NCBI RefSeq assembly: GCF_006345805.1
Contig: NC_042999.1
Span: 55,428,001 to 55,492,000, forward strand
Length of the DNA: 64,000 nucleotides
DNA from: Octopus sinensis
Lineage: Eukaryota
Direction: 5' to 3'
Made by a program: the position numbers and the translations under genes. The notes below the pieces were generated by a model. That model was not told the DNA's origin. It worked only from the letters and a program-made list of their open reading frames with translations, and did no database searches. Shown here piece after piece: positions 1-14,974 of this stretch (within the stretch, counting starts at the first letter, position 1; each line of letters opens with the position of its first letter).

Positions 1-627
1 ATGTCTATAACTACCTGTCTATCCATATCTATAAGTCGAACTCTCTATAATTATCTGTCTATCTATATCTGTCTATCTTATATTTATCTCTCTACCAGTC
101 TCTAATGATTTGCCTATGTCAACCTGTCTACCTATGACCATCTGTATGTATTACTTTTGACACACATTACAACGCGACCCCTACTAAACCATATTTTGAA
201 TTTTCTTGTATCTGCTTTTTCATGTTCTTTGAATCCGTGTGGTGCATCTTCTAGGTTCTGGGTTCAAAAACCACCGAACGTAACTCTGCCTTTCAGTAAA
301 ACAGAAGTACCTGTCAAGTATTGGGCAACAACTAACTCCCGCTCCTAGAAATTGCTGGTATGCAATATCTATGATTAAATAGGTTTCTTGTGTATTCACA
401 GCCACAATATCCGATTTTTTATATTCAATTTCATGAACACATTGGATCCTTATATCTCATCGGACAAAATGCATTATATATTTCTTCTGGCTTTTTATAT
501 CTCAGAATAAGTCCCACCAAGGTCAACTTTGTCTTTCAGCCTTTCGAGGTCCATAAAATAAAATACCTGTCGAGTGCTGATTTCAATGTAATCAACTTGT
601 CCCTGTTGCTCAAAATTGTTACCTTTC

Positions 628-705
<78 letters not shown>

Positions 706-721
706 CATTGTTATTACTATC

Positions 722-935
722 AAGACGGCGAGTTGGCAGAATCGTTAGCACGCTGGACGAAATGCTTAACGTTATTTCGTCTGCTGCTACGTTTCGAGTT
801 CAAATTCTGCCGAGGTCGACTTTGCCTTTCATCCTTTCGGGATCGATTAAATAAGTACCAGTTACACACTGGGATAGATGTAATCGACTTCATCCCTTTC
901 CCCAAATTTGAGGCCTTGTACTTCGAGTAGAAAGG
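722..935 (+). mobile_element. tRNA-derived SINE, family A (ATT-tailed)
   Basis: A-box-like TGGCAGAATCG and B-box GTTCAAATTC, conserved core GTCGACTTTGCCTTTCATCCTTTCGGG..CGAT..AATAAGTACCAG, (ATT)n tail. At least 11 related copies in the window, including a partial at ~505-615. Confidence 0.85.
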
Positions 936-961
936 ATTATTATTATTATTATTATTATTAT

Positions 962-1468
962 TGAGTGAGAGAGCAGTTCATGCCATCAAAGTGACACTGG
1001 GGTAAAATATACGAAGCCCAATATACCCATCATGACTACCCGTCTGATAAAGGTACACCAGGCACATGCATCACAACCATATGTGCGCGACATGGTGATC
1101 TCATATCAAGATAAACAGCACATGACCTTGCAGGTGGGGCTCAGTTAGAATTTTCTTCAGGTTGAGTAGCCCATCCCGCTCAAACGGTCCCTGAATAAGG
1201 GTTGTTTAAGGATGTTGAAAGAACCACCCATGTTTCCAGAGGTGAACTATTCAAACCCCAAAGAATCCCTCTCAACACATGGCTATGATGCTCCCCCACT
1301 ACTTCTGCTCGTGATCAGAGATGCACATATCGTCAGCCACTAAGGGACATGCTCAAATGGTTAAGGTCAAACAACTGACAAGCAAATCTGTGGTATTGAG
1401 CAGAATATTTGCTGTAGCCCATCTTTTATACCAAGACAAAACAATGTACATGATAACACTTCCAATCA
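962..1468 (-). mobile_element. 5'-truncated copy of ~555 bp non-coding TAA-flanked element
   Basis: Near-identical reverse complement of 6056-6609; (TTA)n on both sides. Confidence 0.85.
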
Positions 1469-1505
<37 letters not shown>

Positions 1506-1576
1506 TATTATTATTATTATTATTATCATCATTATCATTATTATTATTATCATTATTATTATTATTATTATTATTA

Positions 1577-1899
<323 letters not shown>

Positions 1900-2595
1900 C
1901 CATCCTCCTGCTCCTATTCCTCACCCTCCTCCTCCTCATCATCATTTGTTCGACACAAGACCAAAACACTGTTCTGGCCGAATTCTTCAATTGAATGTCA
2001 CCCAGTGTACGACTCCTGGAACATGCACTTCTTACCTTTTCTCTCCCTTTCCCCCATCTCCCCACTCCCACCTAGTGGCGGGTGGAGGTCAGAAATGTCG
2101 AGTAATATAAACAACACTATCAAGTATCAACTGGAGAAGCGTTTATAGTACAACACCGGGAAGCAACACGAAACATGACGAAATAGCACGAAACACTACG
2201 GAAATGCCAACACACCGACAAAGATATAAGATAAGATAATATTCACAGTGAAACTCAGAGGCTAATTTACGTTAGAGGCCTGTATGGGTGAGTATATTGA
2301 ATTATGCACCATAATATATCACTTGGCTAATAATTAGTGCATGACACGCAACACGATACATAATAACAGCGACAATTTCTTTTCATTAAGATTAAGGTGA
2401 ATTTTCTATGATTTCTTTTCTTTTCTTTTTTTCTTTTTTTCTTTTCTTTGCTTAACGCTGAAGTCTACCAACTCACCCAGTTGTAAATAGGCGCATTTAT
2501 ATAACTGATTGTTATAATTGATTTTTTTTTACATAGGCAGAAAGGCATGGCATTTGCAGGGCAAAGAAAGGCGATAGTCGTTAATATTGGTTGAA

Positions 2596-2806
2596 AATTT
2601 TGGCCCAAGACCACCATTTTCGGGGGAGTGGGGACGGTGGGGGATAAGTCGATTAGATCGACCCCAGTGCTCAGTTGGTACTTATTTTATCGACTCCGAA
2701 AGGATGAAAGGCAAAGCTGACCTCGGCAGAATTTGCACTCAGACCGTAATGATGGTCTAAGTGTTGCTAAGCATTTTGTCCGGCGAGCTAACGAATCTGC
2801 CAGCTC
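2596..2806 (-). mobile_element. tRNA-derived SINE, family A
   Basis: Reverse complement of the family A core (GGTACTTATTTTATCGACTCCGAAAGGATGAAAGGCAAAG). Confidence 0.75.
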
Positions 2807-2879
2807 ATTTAATTAGCCGTTAATTAGTCATTTCATTAGTCGTTAATATTGACCCCCCCTCTTTCATGGATGTTGGGCA

Positions 2880-3300
2880 TTGTAGACGCAAATGAGCGGA
2901 GGGGGAATAAAATATGCTGAGCTGGTGGAACAATGCCACATTCTGTGGTAAGCAAGATGTGATCCTTTCGTAGTGGGGTGTATATTGTTTGTCACCCAGC
3001 CTTCCTGCAGTGCCTACAACACGCTGGACATCACAAATGCCAGCGGGCGAAGAGCCATCAAGATGGTTGCGTAAGCAACAGAGGTTGCCTTATGGTGACT
3101 GTGGATCAGGGACTGTGAGCTCCATATGGGGAAATGTTGTCTGGGTTAATGCTAATTGGAGAGAAACTGGGTTTTGATCAATCTTGGTTGAGTCGTCTGC
3201 ATGAGTGAAATGGCTTGATTGCTAAAAGACTCGAAACACTCAGCAACTCCAGAAAACATCATTGCTGATGTGTCCAGGTACATCACAGGAGATGATGTAT
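2880..3300 (+). mobile_element. Decayed 3' end of HERO/NeSL-like RLE non-LTR retrotransposon
   Basis: Frameshifted translation DANER..KYAELVEQC..ARCDPFVVGC..AYNTLDITNASGRRAIK..ATEVALW*LWIR resembles the HERO endonuclease C-terminus. It is followed by a HERO-like 3' UTR (AAAGACTCGAAACAC..ACATCATTGCTGATGTGTCC). Recognised from memory, not aligned. Confidence 0.6.
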
Positions 3301-3362
3301 GGAAAAGCAGCAATTTTATTTTATACAGCTTGAGGACACTGTAGCATAAGGGACTAGAAAGA

Positions 3363-3606
3363 AGGAAAAGAAGGGCCCACAAATTCATAAGCTGTTGGCT
3401 TACAGAAGCATAAAGGAGTCCAAATGATAGACCAGAGGAAACGAAGATGACTGCAGGGAGTTTCAGAAAGTAGAAGTTCAAGGAAAAGAAGGGCCCACAA
3501 ATTCATAAGCTATTGGCTTACAGAAGCATAAATGAGTCCAAATGATAGACCAGAGGAAACGAAGATGACTGTGGGGAGTTTCAGAGAGAAGTTCAAGGAA
3601 AAGAAG
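3363..3606. repeat. ~118 bp tandem duplication within a probable decayed L2/CR1-group LINE 3' end (minus strand)
   Basis: GAAAAGAAGGGCCCACAAATTCATAAGC...AGAAGTTCAAGGAAAAGAAG occurs twice. The minus strand gives FHGHCSDE...FFP-T..NS.P-like residues. Confidence 0.55.
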
Positions 3607-4741
3607 TTGTTGGAATAAAAGGATTTATGACTAACGGGAAGCTCAATGGAGAAGCAACAGAGCTGGGAAGAGAAGTAGGGGACATGTTTAAAGGTCATGA
3701 TAAAAGGGGACATGAAGAGAAACTTCATCAGAGCAATGTCCATGGAAATGATTCACCTGATGTAATATGGCTGGCGTGTAACAGTTATAGCACGTGAAAT
3801 AGTTGGTGTGACACAGTTCGTCTTGTGTAACATGGTAGGTAAGTTATTCTCATGTAACATTGTTGGTAATCCTTCTCACATAATACCTTTCATGTGTCTG
3901 CATTTCTGAAAATATCCGTAGTACAATGATTCATCTCACGAAATTCTTATCTCTCTCTCCTCTCTTTCTCTTCCTCACTCACCCTCTCCCTCTCTCTCTC
4001 TCACTCCCTCTCAACCTCCCTCTCTCTCTCCATCTCTCTTACACACGCACACGTTCGAGCGTGTACGCATCCAATACTAGATTTATATTTCGTCGATTTA
4101 CGAGGAACTCCCCAACAACGACGAAAATTATGAATTTAAATTTCGCTTATGCATTGGATGTTCAATATTCTTGATGTGAAATCGCGTATTGAAGCAGATG
4201 TTTATTGTACTTTGTGACGTCACTTTGCCAGTAACAAACACAGTTTTGAGTCACCTGGTTAGCTAATTAACTAATCGAGTGTTGATCAATCGTTTTCTAA
4301 ACCAATTAGTTGGCTCGTCATAAGAATTTCGGCGCAGTCTGTGACTTTATCAATGCTGTGCCGTAATCTACTCCTCTTTTGAGTTTGTGATGAAAGAATA
4401 GAAGATGAGAGCCCGTCGTCGATAAGATTGCTGGCTGTGGAATAAGGACGATAAGGGGTCAATTGTTTGATTATACGAGTTATAATAATCAAACAATTGG
4501 TAAGTTAATCTGTTAACAAGTTAAACGATGATGATGATAATGATGATCATGATCATGATGGTGACGACGACGACGACGATAAAATTTTGAGTTCGAAGCG
4601 GTTCTAGTAATGTAAACATTATTGATGCGATGTACTCCATGTAAGTCACTTGTTTAAATAACGCAACCTGAAAGGGTTTAAACAAAATATTAAGTATGAG
4701 ACATTACTGATAATAATAATGATAATAATAATAATAATAAT

Positions 4742-5805
4742 GAAGAGGGGTAAAAGTGGATGTGGGCTGATTAAAGTACCGGATGAATCAACTGTGAAAG
4801 AAGAAACATGGCAGAATATTTGGTAAACAGCAAACAAGACCTGCTACAGTATTCTGCTAGGGCAGAAGAATTTAACAAAAATGGACTTGAGAGTGCTCGT
4901 GAATTGCAATCAAGAACAGCCAGCGAGAGAGAAGAAACCATACTCCACATGGAATTACATGGTCGGTTCCACCATGAAATCAACAAATTAAAAGACTAGG
5001 GAGCATCATGAAGGTGGCTTAACACGCGTGACCTAAAAAAGAATACTGAAAGTCTAATTATCGCTGCTCAAGACCAGGCATTGAATACCAACTCAGTGAA
5101 AAAGAATATATACCACACGAGTGCATCGGATCTCTGCAGAATGTGTGGGAAGAGGGTCGAAAGTGTGACTCATATTGTTAGTGCCTGTGAAAGTGTTGCA
5201 CAGAAAGAGTACAAGCGTAGACACGACAAGGTAGCCCAAAACTTCCACTGGCTACTATGCCGTAAGTATGGATATGAGGTACAGGTGCTTGGTACCAACA
5301 TACACCGGAAAATGTAATGGACGAAAAGGGGAATGTGAAAATCCTCTAGGCCTTTGACTTTCAGACAGACAAGGTGTTAGAGCTCCGAAGGCCGGGCATA
5401 GTAACCTTTAAGAGGTTCAAACAAGAATGCCTAATAATTGACGGGGCAGTGCCAGGAGATCAACATATTATCACGAAAGAAAGAGAATAAGTTGATAAAT
5501 ATGAAGACTTGAGAATTGAGACCGCTAAGGTGTGGCAGCTACGAGAGTCAAACATAAAGCTTATACCTGTTGTCATCGGAACATTGGGTTCAATACCACC
5601 CAATCTGAAAAAAAAAAGCATCTGAAAACTCTAAAAATACCCTACAATCTAGGTGTATTGCAAAATTTGGCATTACTTGGAACTGCACGCATATTGCGTA
5701 AAATACTGTCTGTCTGAGGTCCTTGTTGTGACTTGAGAAACAGTACAAACCCCTGGTAGACACAATATCTTCAATCAACAACCTCACGATATTGTATACT
5801 GTGTA
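4742..5805 (+). mobile_element. 5'-truncated R4/Dong-clade RLE retrotransposon (decayed)
   Basis: LHGRF..ESLIIAAQDQAL, CCHC knuckle CRMC..ESVTHIVSAC, RHD motif, RLE (RP.IV..C.IID.AVP.D..E..K..KY) and terminal LLGTARILRKILSV; 5' flank is (TAA)n. Confidence 0.9.
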
Positions 5806-5881
5806 TTATTATTAATTGATTTTTGTTAGCCCTTGTGGCCAATAAACGAACGAATTATTACTATTATTATTATTATTATTA

Positions 5882-5945
<64 letters not shown>

Positions 5946-6003
5946 TTATTTCTTTACTGCCCACAAGGGGCTACACACAGAGGGGACAAACATAATAATA
6001 ATA

Positions 6004-6055
<52 letters not shown>

Positions 6056-6057
<2 letters not shown>

Positions 6058-6609
6058 CCCTGATGCAGTACCAGGCAATGGCTCTCATGGCTTCTGATCT
6101 TAAATGATTGGAAGTGTTATCATGTACATTGTTTTGTCTTGGTATAAAAGATGGGCTACAGCAAATATTCTGCTCAATACCACAGATTTGCTTGTCAGTT
6201 GTTTGACCTTAACCAGTTGAGCATGTCCCTTAGTGGCTGACGATATGTGCATCTCTGATCACGAGCAGAAGTAGTGGGGGAGCATCATAGCCATGTGTTG
6301 AGAGGATTCTTTGGGGTTTGAATAATTCACCTCTGGAAACATGGGTGGTTCTTTCAACATCCTTAAACAACCCTTATTCAGGGACCGTTGAGCGGGATGG
6401 GCTACTCAACCTGAAGAAAATTCTAACTGGGCCCCACCTGCAAGGTCATGTGCTGTTTATCTTGATATGAGATCACCATGTCGAGCACATATGGTTGTGA
6501 TGCATGTGCCTGGTGTGCCTTTATCAGACGGGTAGTCATGATGGGTATATTGGGCTTCGTATATTTTACCCCAGTGTCACTTTGATGGCATGAACTGCTC
6601 TCTCACTCA
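6056..6609 (+). mobile_element. ~555 bp non-coding element embedded in (TAA)n, apparently complete copy
   Basis: Starts GCCCTGATGCAGTACC (same start as 7351) and ends CTCTCTCACTC followed by (AAT)n; four copies in the window; no meaningful ORF. Confidence 0.85.
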
Positions 6610-6629
6610 ATAATAATAATAATAATAAT

Positions 6630-7298
6630 GATCCTCGTTCCATGAAACGGTATGGCACATCGTAAGCGATGAAATGGTATGACACATCGTTAGCGAATGC
6701 CTGAAAGTGGCGCAACGCGAATACAAAAGACGCAATGACAATGTAACAAGAATGATCCAATGGGAGCTCTGTGGAAATCCCGACCTGCAAAGAGTAAAGA
6801 TGGGGTATGAACAAACCCCAGAAGGAGTCACCGAAAATGAGAATTACAAAATCTTGTGGGATTTAATGATCCAGTGCGATCACCTGACCAGACGTAGGAA
6901 ATCGGACAATGTTTTGGTGAATAAAAAAGAAGGAACATGCATGATAATCGACGTAGCATGCCCCGGTGACAACAGGATCAATGTGAAAGAAGAAAAATAA
7001 ACAACTAAAGCGATTTAAAGTGGGAAATACGAAGGTTGTGGTCAATGAAGAGAGTAAACGTGATACAAATAGTAATTGGTGCACTTGGAAGTATCAACAG
7101 TCAACTTCCAGCATGGCCGAAAAAGATCGGTGCAAGTGTGAAGGTAGAACACCTACAAAAATCAACATTGCTTGGAACTGAAAGAATTCTTCTCAGGGTT
7201 CTTGAAGAATGACCAATAAAACAAGCATCACCTTAGCCTGCTGGCTGTGGACAGCTGACACTTTCCATCATACCCAGCAAAATAAGCTGAGTGTTTTC

Positions 7299-7300
<2 letters not shown>
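6630..7300 (+). mobile_element. 5'-truncated R4/Dong-clade RLE retrotransposon
   Basis: HIVSEC..AQREYKRRND..KILWD..IQCD..D.V..C.IIDVACPGD..KEEK and LLGTERILLRVL; (TAA)n on both sides. Confidence 0.88.
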
Positions 7301-7342
<42 letters not shown>

Positions 7343-7350
7343 TAATAAAT

Positions 7351-8122
7351 GCCCTGATGCAATACCAGGCAGTGGCTCTCGTGGCTTCTGATCTTAACTG
7401 ATTGGAAGTGTTACCATGTACATTGTTATGTCTTGGTATAAAAGATGGGCTACAGCAAATACTCTGCCCAATACCACAGATTTGCTTGTCAGTTGTTTTA
7501 CCGTAACCAGTTGAGCATGCCCCTTAGTGGCTGACCATATGTGCATCTCTGATCACGAGCAGAAGTAGTGGGGGAGCATCATAGCCATATGTTGAGAGGG
7601 ATTCTTTGGGGTTTCGATAAATCACCTCTGAAAGATAGGTGTTTCGCTTAACATCCTTAAACAACCCTTATTCAGGGACCTTTTGAGTGAGATGGGCTAT
7701 TCGACTTCAAAAAAATTCTAACAAGGCCCCAACTACAAGGTCATGCGCTATTTATCTTGATATGAGATGACCATGTCGCGCACATATGTTTGTAATGCAT
7801 GTGCCTGGTGTACCTTTATCAAAGAGGTAGTCATGTCCCTTAGTGGCAGACGACATGTGCATCTCTGATCACAAACAGAAGTAGTGGGGGAGCATAATAA
7901 CCGTGTGTTGAAAGGAACACTTGAAGGCTTGCATAATTCACCTTTGGAAACATGGGTGGTTCGTTCAACATCCTTAAACAATCCTTACTCAGGGACCTTT
8001 TGAGCGGAATGGGCTACTCGACCAGAAGAAAATTCTAACTTAGCCCCACCTGCAAGGTCATGTGCTGTTTATCTTGATACGAGATCACCCTGTCGCGCAC
8101 ATATATTTGTGATGCATGTGCT
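7351..8122 (+). mobile_element. ~555 bp TAA-flanked element with internal partial re-duplication
   Basis: Homologous to 6056-6609; segment ~7515-7805 is repeated in diverged form at ~7832-8122. Confidence 0.8.
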
Positions 8123-8542
8123 CACAATTGACGATGCACATCAAACGGGAACGAAATAGCGTCGGACTTTATTTACCCAGAAGTATGTGAACAATCTCCC
8201 TAGCAATATTTGTTCTTACACCGAATCTTACTATTTTCGTCGTCATAAATAGAATAAACCAGTGATTGGTCAATTAGACACCTGTTACCAACGACGTCAC
8301 TGATCACTCTTTGAGATAGAAAGAGAAATTAAAAAGTAAATCATTGTTTGAAATTATTAATTTGAAGTGTAGCTGTTTTAAACGAGACTTGATTCGGCGT
8401 TTCGTCTTCCGTTTGCTGACCGTAAAACAACCCTAGATCCACACAGTCATACTAACGACCTACAGTCATGAGTAGGCAGGACTATACTACGGTACCTACG
8501 GACATTGCTTTCCCTGCAGCATTCTGTAAAACCTGTCGCTGT

Positions 8543-9600
8543 AATGGCGGCGGCGGTTGTGGTGGTGGTAGAGGTGGTGGTAGTGGTGATGGTAGTAGAG
8601 GTGGTGGTAGTGATGGTGGTGGTGGAGATAATAGTGGTGGTGGTGGTAGTGGTAGTGATGGTGGTGGCGGTAGTGATGGTTGTGGTGGTAGTAGTGGTGG
8701 TGGTGATAGTTAAGGTGGTATCGGTAGTGGTGGTGGTGGTGGTGGTAGTAGTGATGGCGGTGATGGTGGTGATAGTAGTAGTGGTGGGGGTGAAAGTGGT
8801 GGTGGTGGTGGCGGTAGTAGTGGTGGTGGTAGTAGTAGAGGTGATGGTGATGGCGAGGGTGGTGGTGGTTTTAGTAGTGGTGGTGGTGGTGGTGACAATG
8901 GAACTGGAGTTGAAGGTGGTAACGGTGAAGGTGCAGATATTGATGGTGGTGGCAGTGGCAGTGATGATGGTGGTCATGGTGGCGGCGGTGGTGGTGGAAA
9001 TAGTGGTGGTGATGATATCAGTGGTGGTGGTGGTGATGATGATGGTATTGGCGGTGGCAGAAGTAACGGTGGAGGTGGTAATATTGATGGTGGTGGTGTA
9101 TATATATTGGAGCCAGTGGTATGTGGTTAAAGTGGTGTTGGTGGTAGTGTTTCCTGGTGGTGGCAATGGTAGTAGTAGCAGCGGTAGAGGTGGTGGTGAT
9201 ATTGGTGCACGTACAGCTGTTGATGAGGACGGCGGTGGCGGTGGTGGTGGTGGTGGTTGTGGTGGTGGTCGTGATGGTGGTGTTGGTGGTGGTGGTGGTG
9301 GAGGTAGTGACGGAGGTGGTGGTAATGGTGGTGGTGGTGGTGGTGACGGTGGTGATGGTGGTCGTGGTGGTCGTCGTCGTGATGGTGGCGGAGGTAGTGG
9401 TGGTGGTGGTGGAGGTAGTGGTGGCGGTGGTGGAGGTAGTGGCGGAGGTGGTGGTAATGGTGGTGGTGGTGGTGGTGGTGGCACTGGTTGTGGTGGTGGC
9501 AGTGGTGTTGGTAGTGGTGGTGGTGTGTATAGTGATGTGGCTTTTTTTTAGTTATATTTGCGGTGTTTGTGATGGTAGTGGATATGTTGATGGTGGTGAC
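8543..9600. repeat. ~1 kb degenerate (GGT)n low-complexity tract
   Basis: GGT/GGC/AGT/GAT triplets; ORFs here are poly-V/G/P/T/H artefacts. Confidence 0.9.
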
Positions 9601-9995
9601 GAGTGACAAGGAAGAAAAACAAAAAAAAACCATAAAACTAAGACAAAAAAAAGGAAATTATTTTTATAAGCTTACCGTAAAAAAAAAAAAGGCCGTAGAT
9701 CTGTCATGAGTTAAGGTTGTCAGTTGAGGGAACACGATATAACAGACACACGTGTAAAGACGAATACACTCACTCACTCTCACGCACACGCAACTACGTA
9801 CTTGGGCGAATTCGCAGACATTTTACATCTTCACGCACACACATGCATAACGTCCATGAGTAAATATATAAAAACAATATTACAAGTGTCAATTGGAAAT
9901 GAAGGTTTTATGACACTGTTTTTTTAACAGGGTTCCGTCCTAGCAGAGCGCATCGCTCCTTTATTTATTATATCTCCTTCTTACCGTATTTATTA

Positions 9996-10070
<75 letters not shown>

Positions 10071-10071
<1 letters not shown>

Positions 10072-10466
10072 GTGTGGTAAGTAGCTTGCTAACCAACCAA
10101 ATGGTTCCGGGTTCAGTCCCACTGCGTGGCATCTTGGGCAAGTGTCTTCTGCTATAGCCCCGGGCCGACCAATGCCTTCTGAGTGGATTTGGTTGACAGA
10201 AACTGAAAGAAGCTTGTCGTATATATGTATATATATATATATGTATGTGTGTGTGTTTGTGTGTCTATGTTTGTCCCCTTAGCATTGCTTGACAACCGAT
10301 GCTGGTGTGTTTACGTCCCCGTAACTTAGCGGTTCGGCAAAAGAGACCGATTGAATAAGTACTGGGCTTACAAAGAATAAGTCCCGGGGTCGATTTGCTC
10401 GACTAAATGCGGTGCTCCAGCATGGCCGCAGTCAAATGACTGAAACAAGTAAAAGAGTAAAAGAGA
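10071..10466 (+). mobile_element. tRNA-derived CORE-type SINE, family B
   Basis: B box GTTCAGTCC, CORE-like CTTGGGCAAGTG, internal (TA)/(TG) tract, 3' GGCCGCAGTCAAATGACTGAAACAAGT; about 10 copies in the window. Confidence 0.85.
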
Positions 10467-10508
10467 GAGAGTATTATTATTATTATCATTATTATTATTA
10501 TTATTATT

Positions 10509-10550
<42 letters not shown>

Positions 10551-10596
10551 ATTATTATTATTATTATTATTATGTTGTTGTTGTTGTTGTTATTAT

Positions 10597-10775
10597 TAAG
10601 GCAGCGAGCTTAGGAGAATCGATAGTAAGCTGAACGAAATGCTTAGCAGTATTTCGTATGCCGCTACGTTCTGAGTTCAAATTGATAAATTAAGTACCAG
10701 TTGCGTACTAGGGTCGATCTAATCGACTGGTCACCCTCTCCCAAAGCTTCAGACCTTGTGCCTATAGTAGAAAGG
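10597..10775 (+). mobile_element. tRNA-derived SINE, family A (internally deleted)
   Basis: Family A head and tail with part of the core missing. Confidence 0.75.
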
Positions 10776-10789
10776 ATTATTTTCTTTTA

Positions 10790-12878
<2,089 letters not shown>

Positions 12879-12913
12879 CATCATCATCATCATTATTATT
12901 ATTATCATTATCA

Positions 12914-12971
<58 letters not shown>

Positions 12972-12972
12972 T

Positions 12973-13247
12973 AAGGCGGCGAGCTGGCAGAATCGTTAGC
13001 ACGCTGAACGAAATGCTTAGCGGTATTTCGCCCGTCGCTACGTTCTGAGTTCAAATTCCACCGAGGTCGACTTTACCTTTCATCCTTTCGGGGTCGATAA
13101 AATAAGTACCAGTTGAACCCTAGTTACTTATTTTATCGACCTCGAAAACGTGAAAGGTAAAGTTGACACTGGGGTCGACGTAATCGACTTATCCCCCACC
13201 ACAAAACATACAAAACAAATTGCTGCCCTTGTGGAAAAATTTGATAC

Positions 13248-13250
<3 letters not shown>
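12973..13250 (+). mobile_element. tRNA-derived SINE, family A, with internal inverted duplication
   Basis: Full family A head and tail; 13066-13109 is repeated inverted at ~13122-13167. Confidence 0.8.
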
Positions 13251-13310
<60 letters not shown>

Positions 13311-13314
<4 letters not shown>

Positions 13315-13942
13315 TAGTTTTATTTTTATAGCGTGCTTTCACTTCACTACCGAGCGCAGCTCTGTGTGCCTTGGGTATGTGCTGTGATTTGTTGTGATGC
13401 TCTGATGGTTATTGTATGGAAAGTGTTCTGCGTAGGATGTGTGCAGTGCCTAGTAGTGCAATTTTCTGTATGTTATATGTGTTTGTAAGTCCTGGTGTTT
13501 TTGTTATGTATTTGTCTGAATATTTTTTTATCATGCCTAATGCATCTACTATGATAGGAATTGTTTCTGTTTTCAGGTTCCACATTCTAGTTACCTCTAT
13601 TTCCAGGTATTTGTATTTTGAGAGTTTCTCCATTTCTTTTAGAAGCACGTTGTCAACTGCCGGTATTGATACATCAATTAGAAAACATTTTTTTTCTTCA
13701 TGATCTCTGACAACTATATCTGGTATGTTGGCCTTAATTTCTCTATCTGTGTGTATCGGCATATCCCAGAGTATGGTTGCTTTCTCGTTTTCTGTGACCT
13801 TTTCTGGTGTGTGCCTATACCATCTTTTTTCTGTTGTTATTCCATAATGTTGGCATAGCTTCCAATGTATATAGGTTCCAACTCTGTCATGTCTGTGAAT
13901 ATATTCCTTCTTAGCCAGGACTGGGCAGCTAGAGATAATATG
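13311..13942 (-). mobile_element. R4/Dong-clade 3' fragment, family B
   Basis: ORF 13409-13762: PDIVV..CFLIDVSIP..KEMEKLSKY..ALLGTAHILRRTLS; (TTA)n on both sides. Confidence 0.9.
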
Positions 13943-14007
<65 letters not shown>

Positions 14008-14011
<4 letters not shown>

Positions 14012-14832
14012 TAGTTTTATTTTTATAACTTCACTACCGAGCGCAGCTCTGTGTGCCTTGGGTATGTGCTGTGATTTGTTGTGATGCTCTGATGGTTACT
14101 GTATTGAAAGTGTTCTGCGTAGGATGTGTGCAGTGCCTAGTAGTGCAATTTTCTGTATGTTATATGTGTTTGTAAGTCCTGGTGTTTTTGTTATGTATTT
14201 GTCTGAATATTTTTTATCATGCCTAATGCACCTGCTATGATAGGAATTGTTTCTGCTTTTAGATTCCACATTCTAGTTACCTCTATTTCAGATCTTTGTA
14301 TTTTGAAAGTTTCTCCATTTCTTTTAGAGACACGTTGTCATCTGCTGGTATTGATACATCAATTAGAAAGCATTTTTTCTTCATGATCTCTGACAACTAT
14401 ATCTGGTCTGTTGGCCTCAATTTCTGTGTGTATCGGCATATCCCAGAGAATGGTTGCTTTCTCGTTTTCTGTGACCTTTTCTGGTGAGTGCCTATACCAT
14501 TTTTTTCTGTTGTTATTCCATAATGTTGGCATAGCTTCCAGTGTATGTAGGTCCCAACTCTGTCGTGTCTGTGAATATATTCCTTCTTAACCAGGACTGG
14601 GCAGCCAGAGATAATATGATTTATTGTTTCTTGTCCATCTCCACATATTCTGCAGTTACTTGTTATATTTCTTTTCATGACATGCTTTTGGTAATTTCTG
14701 GTGGGGAGGCTTTAGTCTTGTGCTGCAATTAAAAATCCCTCTGTCTCTGCTTTGAGTTCTGAGCTTCTCAACCATTGCTGGGATTTTCTTTGTCTATTTC
14801 TTTTGCATTTAGTTTAGTCCAGTATTTGTCAT
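14008..14832 (-). mobile_element. R4/Dong-clade 3' fragment, family B
   Basis: Highly similar to 13311-13942 but longer; CRIC..ETINHIISGC..RHDRVG knuckle. Confidence 0.9.
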
Positions 14833-14850
14833 GAAGGGGCTTTTCTTCTT

Positions 14851-14965
14851 CTTCTTCTTCTTCTTCTTCTTCTTCTTCTTCTTCTTCTTCTTCTTCTTCT
14901 TCTTCTTCTTCTTCTTCTTCTTCTTCTTCTTCTTCTTCTTCTTCTTCTTCTTCTTCTCCTTCTTT
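14851..14965. repeat. (TTC)n microsatellite
   Basis: Roughly 35 units, read directly. Confidence 0.95.
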
Positions 14966-14974
14966 TTTTTTTTT

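Noticed and set aside
3722-3735. CTGATGAAG on the minus strand as a hammerhead
   Set aside because: No stem II-GAAA-UH architecture; lies in a decayed LINE coding remnant.
4180-4520. TAATTA/TGACGTCA cluster similar to 41830-41905
   Set aside because: The shared GCTAATTAACTAATCGA-like word is short and AT-rich; insufficient for a call.
8447-9633. 345, 348 and 168 aa ORFs (poly-P/T, poly-V/G, poly-H)
   Set aside because: Stop-free translations of a (GGT)n tract in several frames and both strands; no domain.
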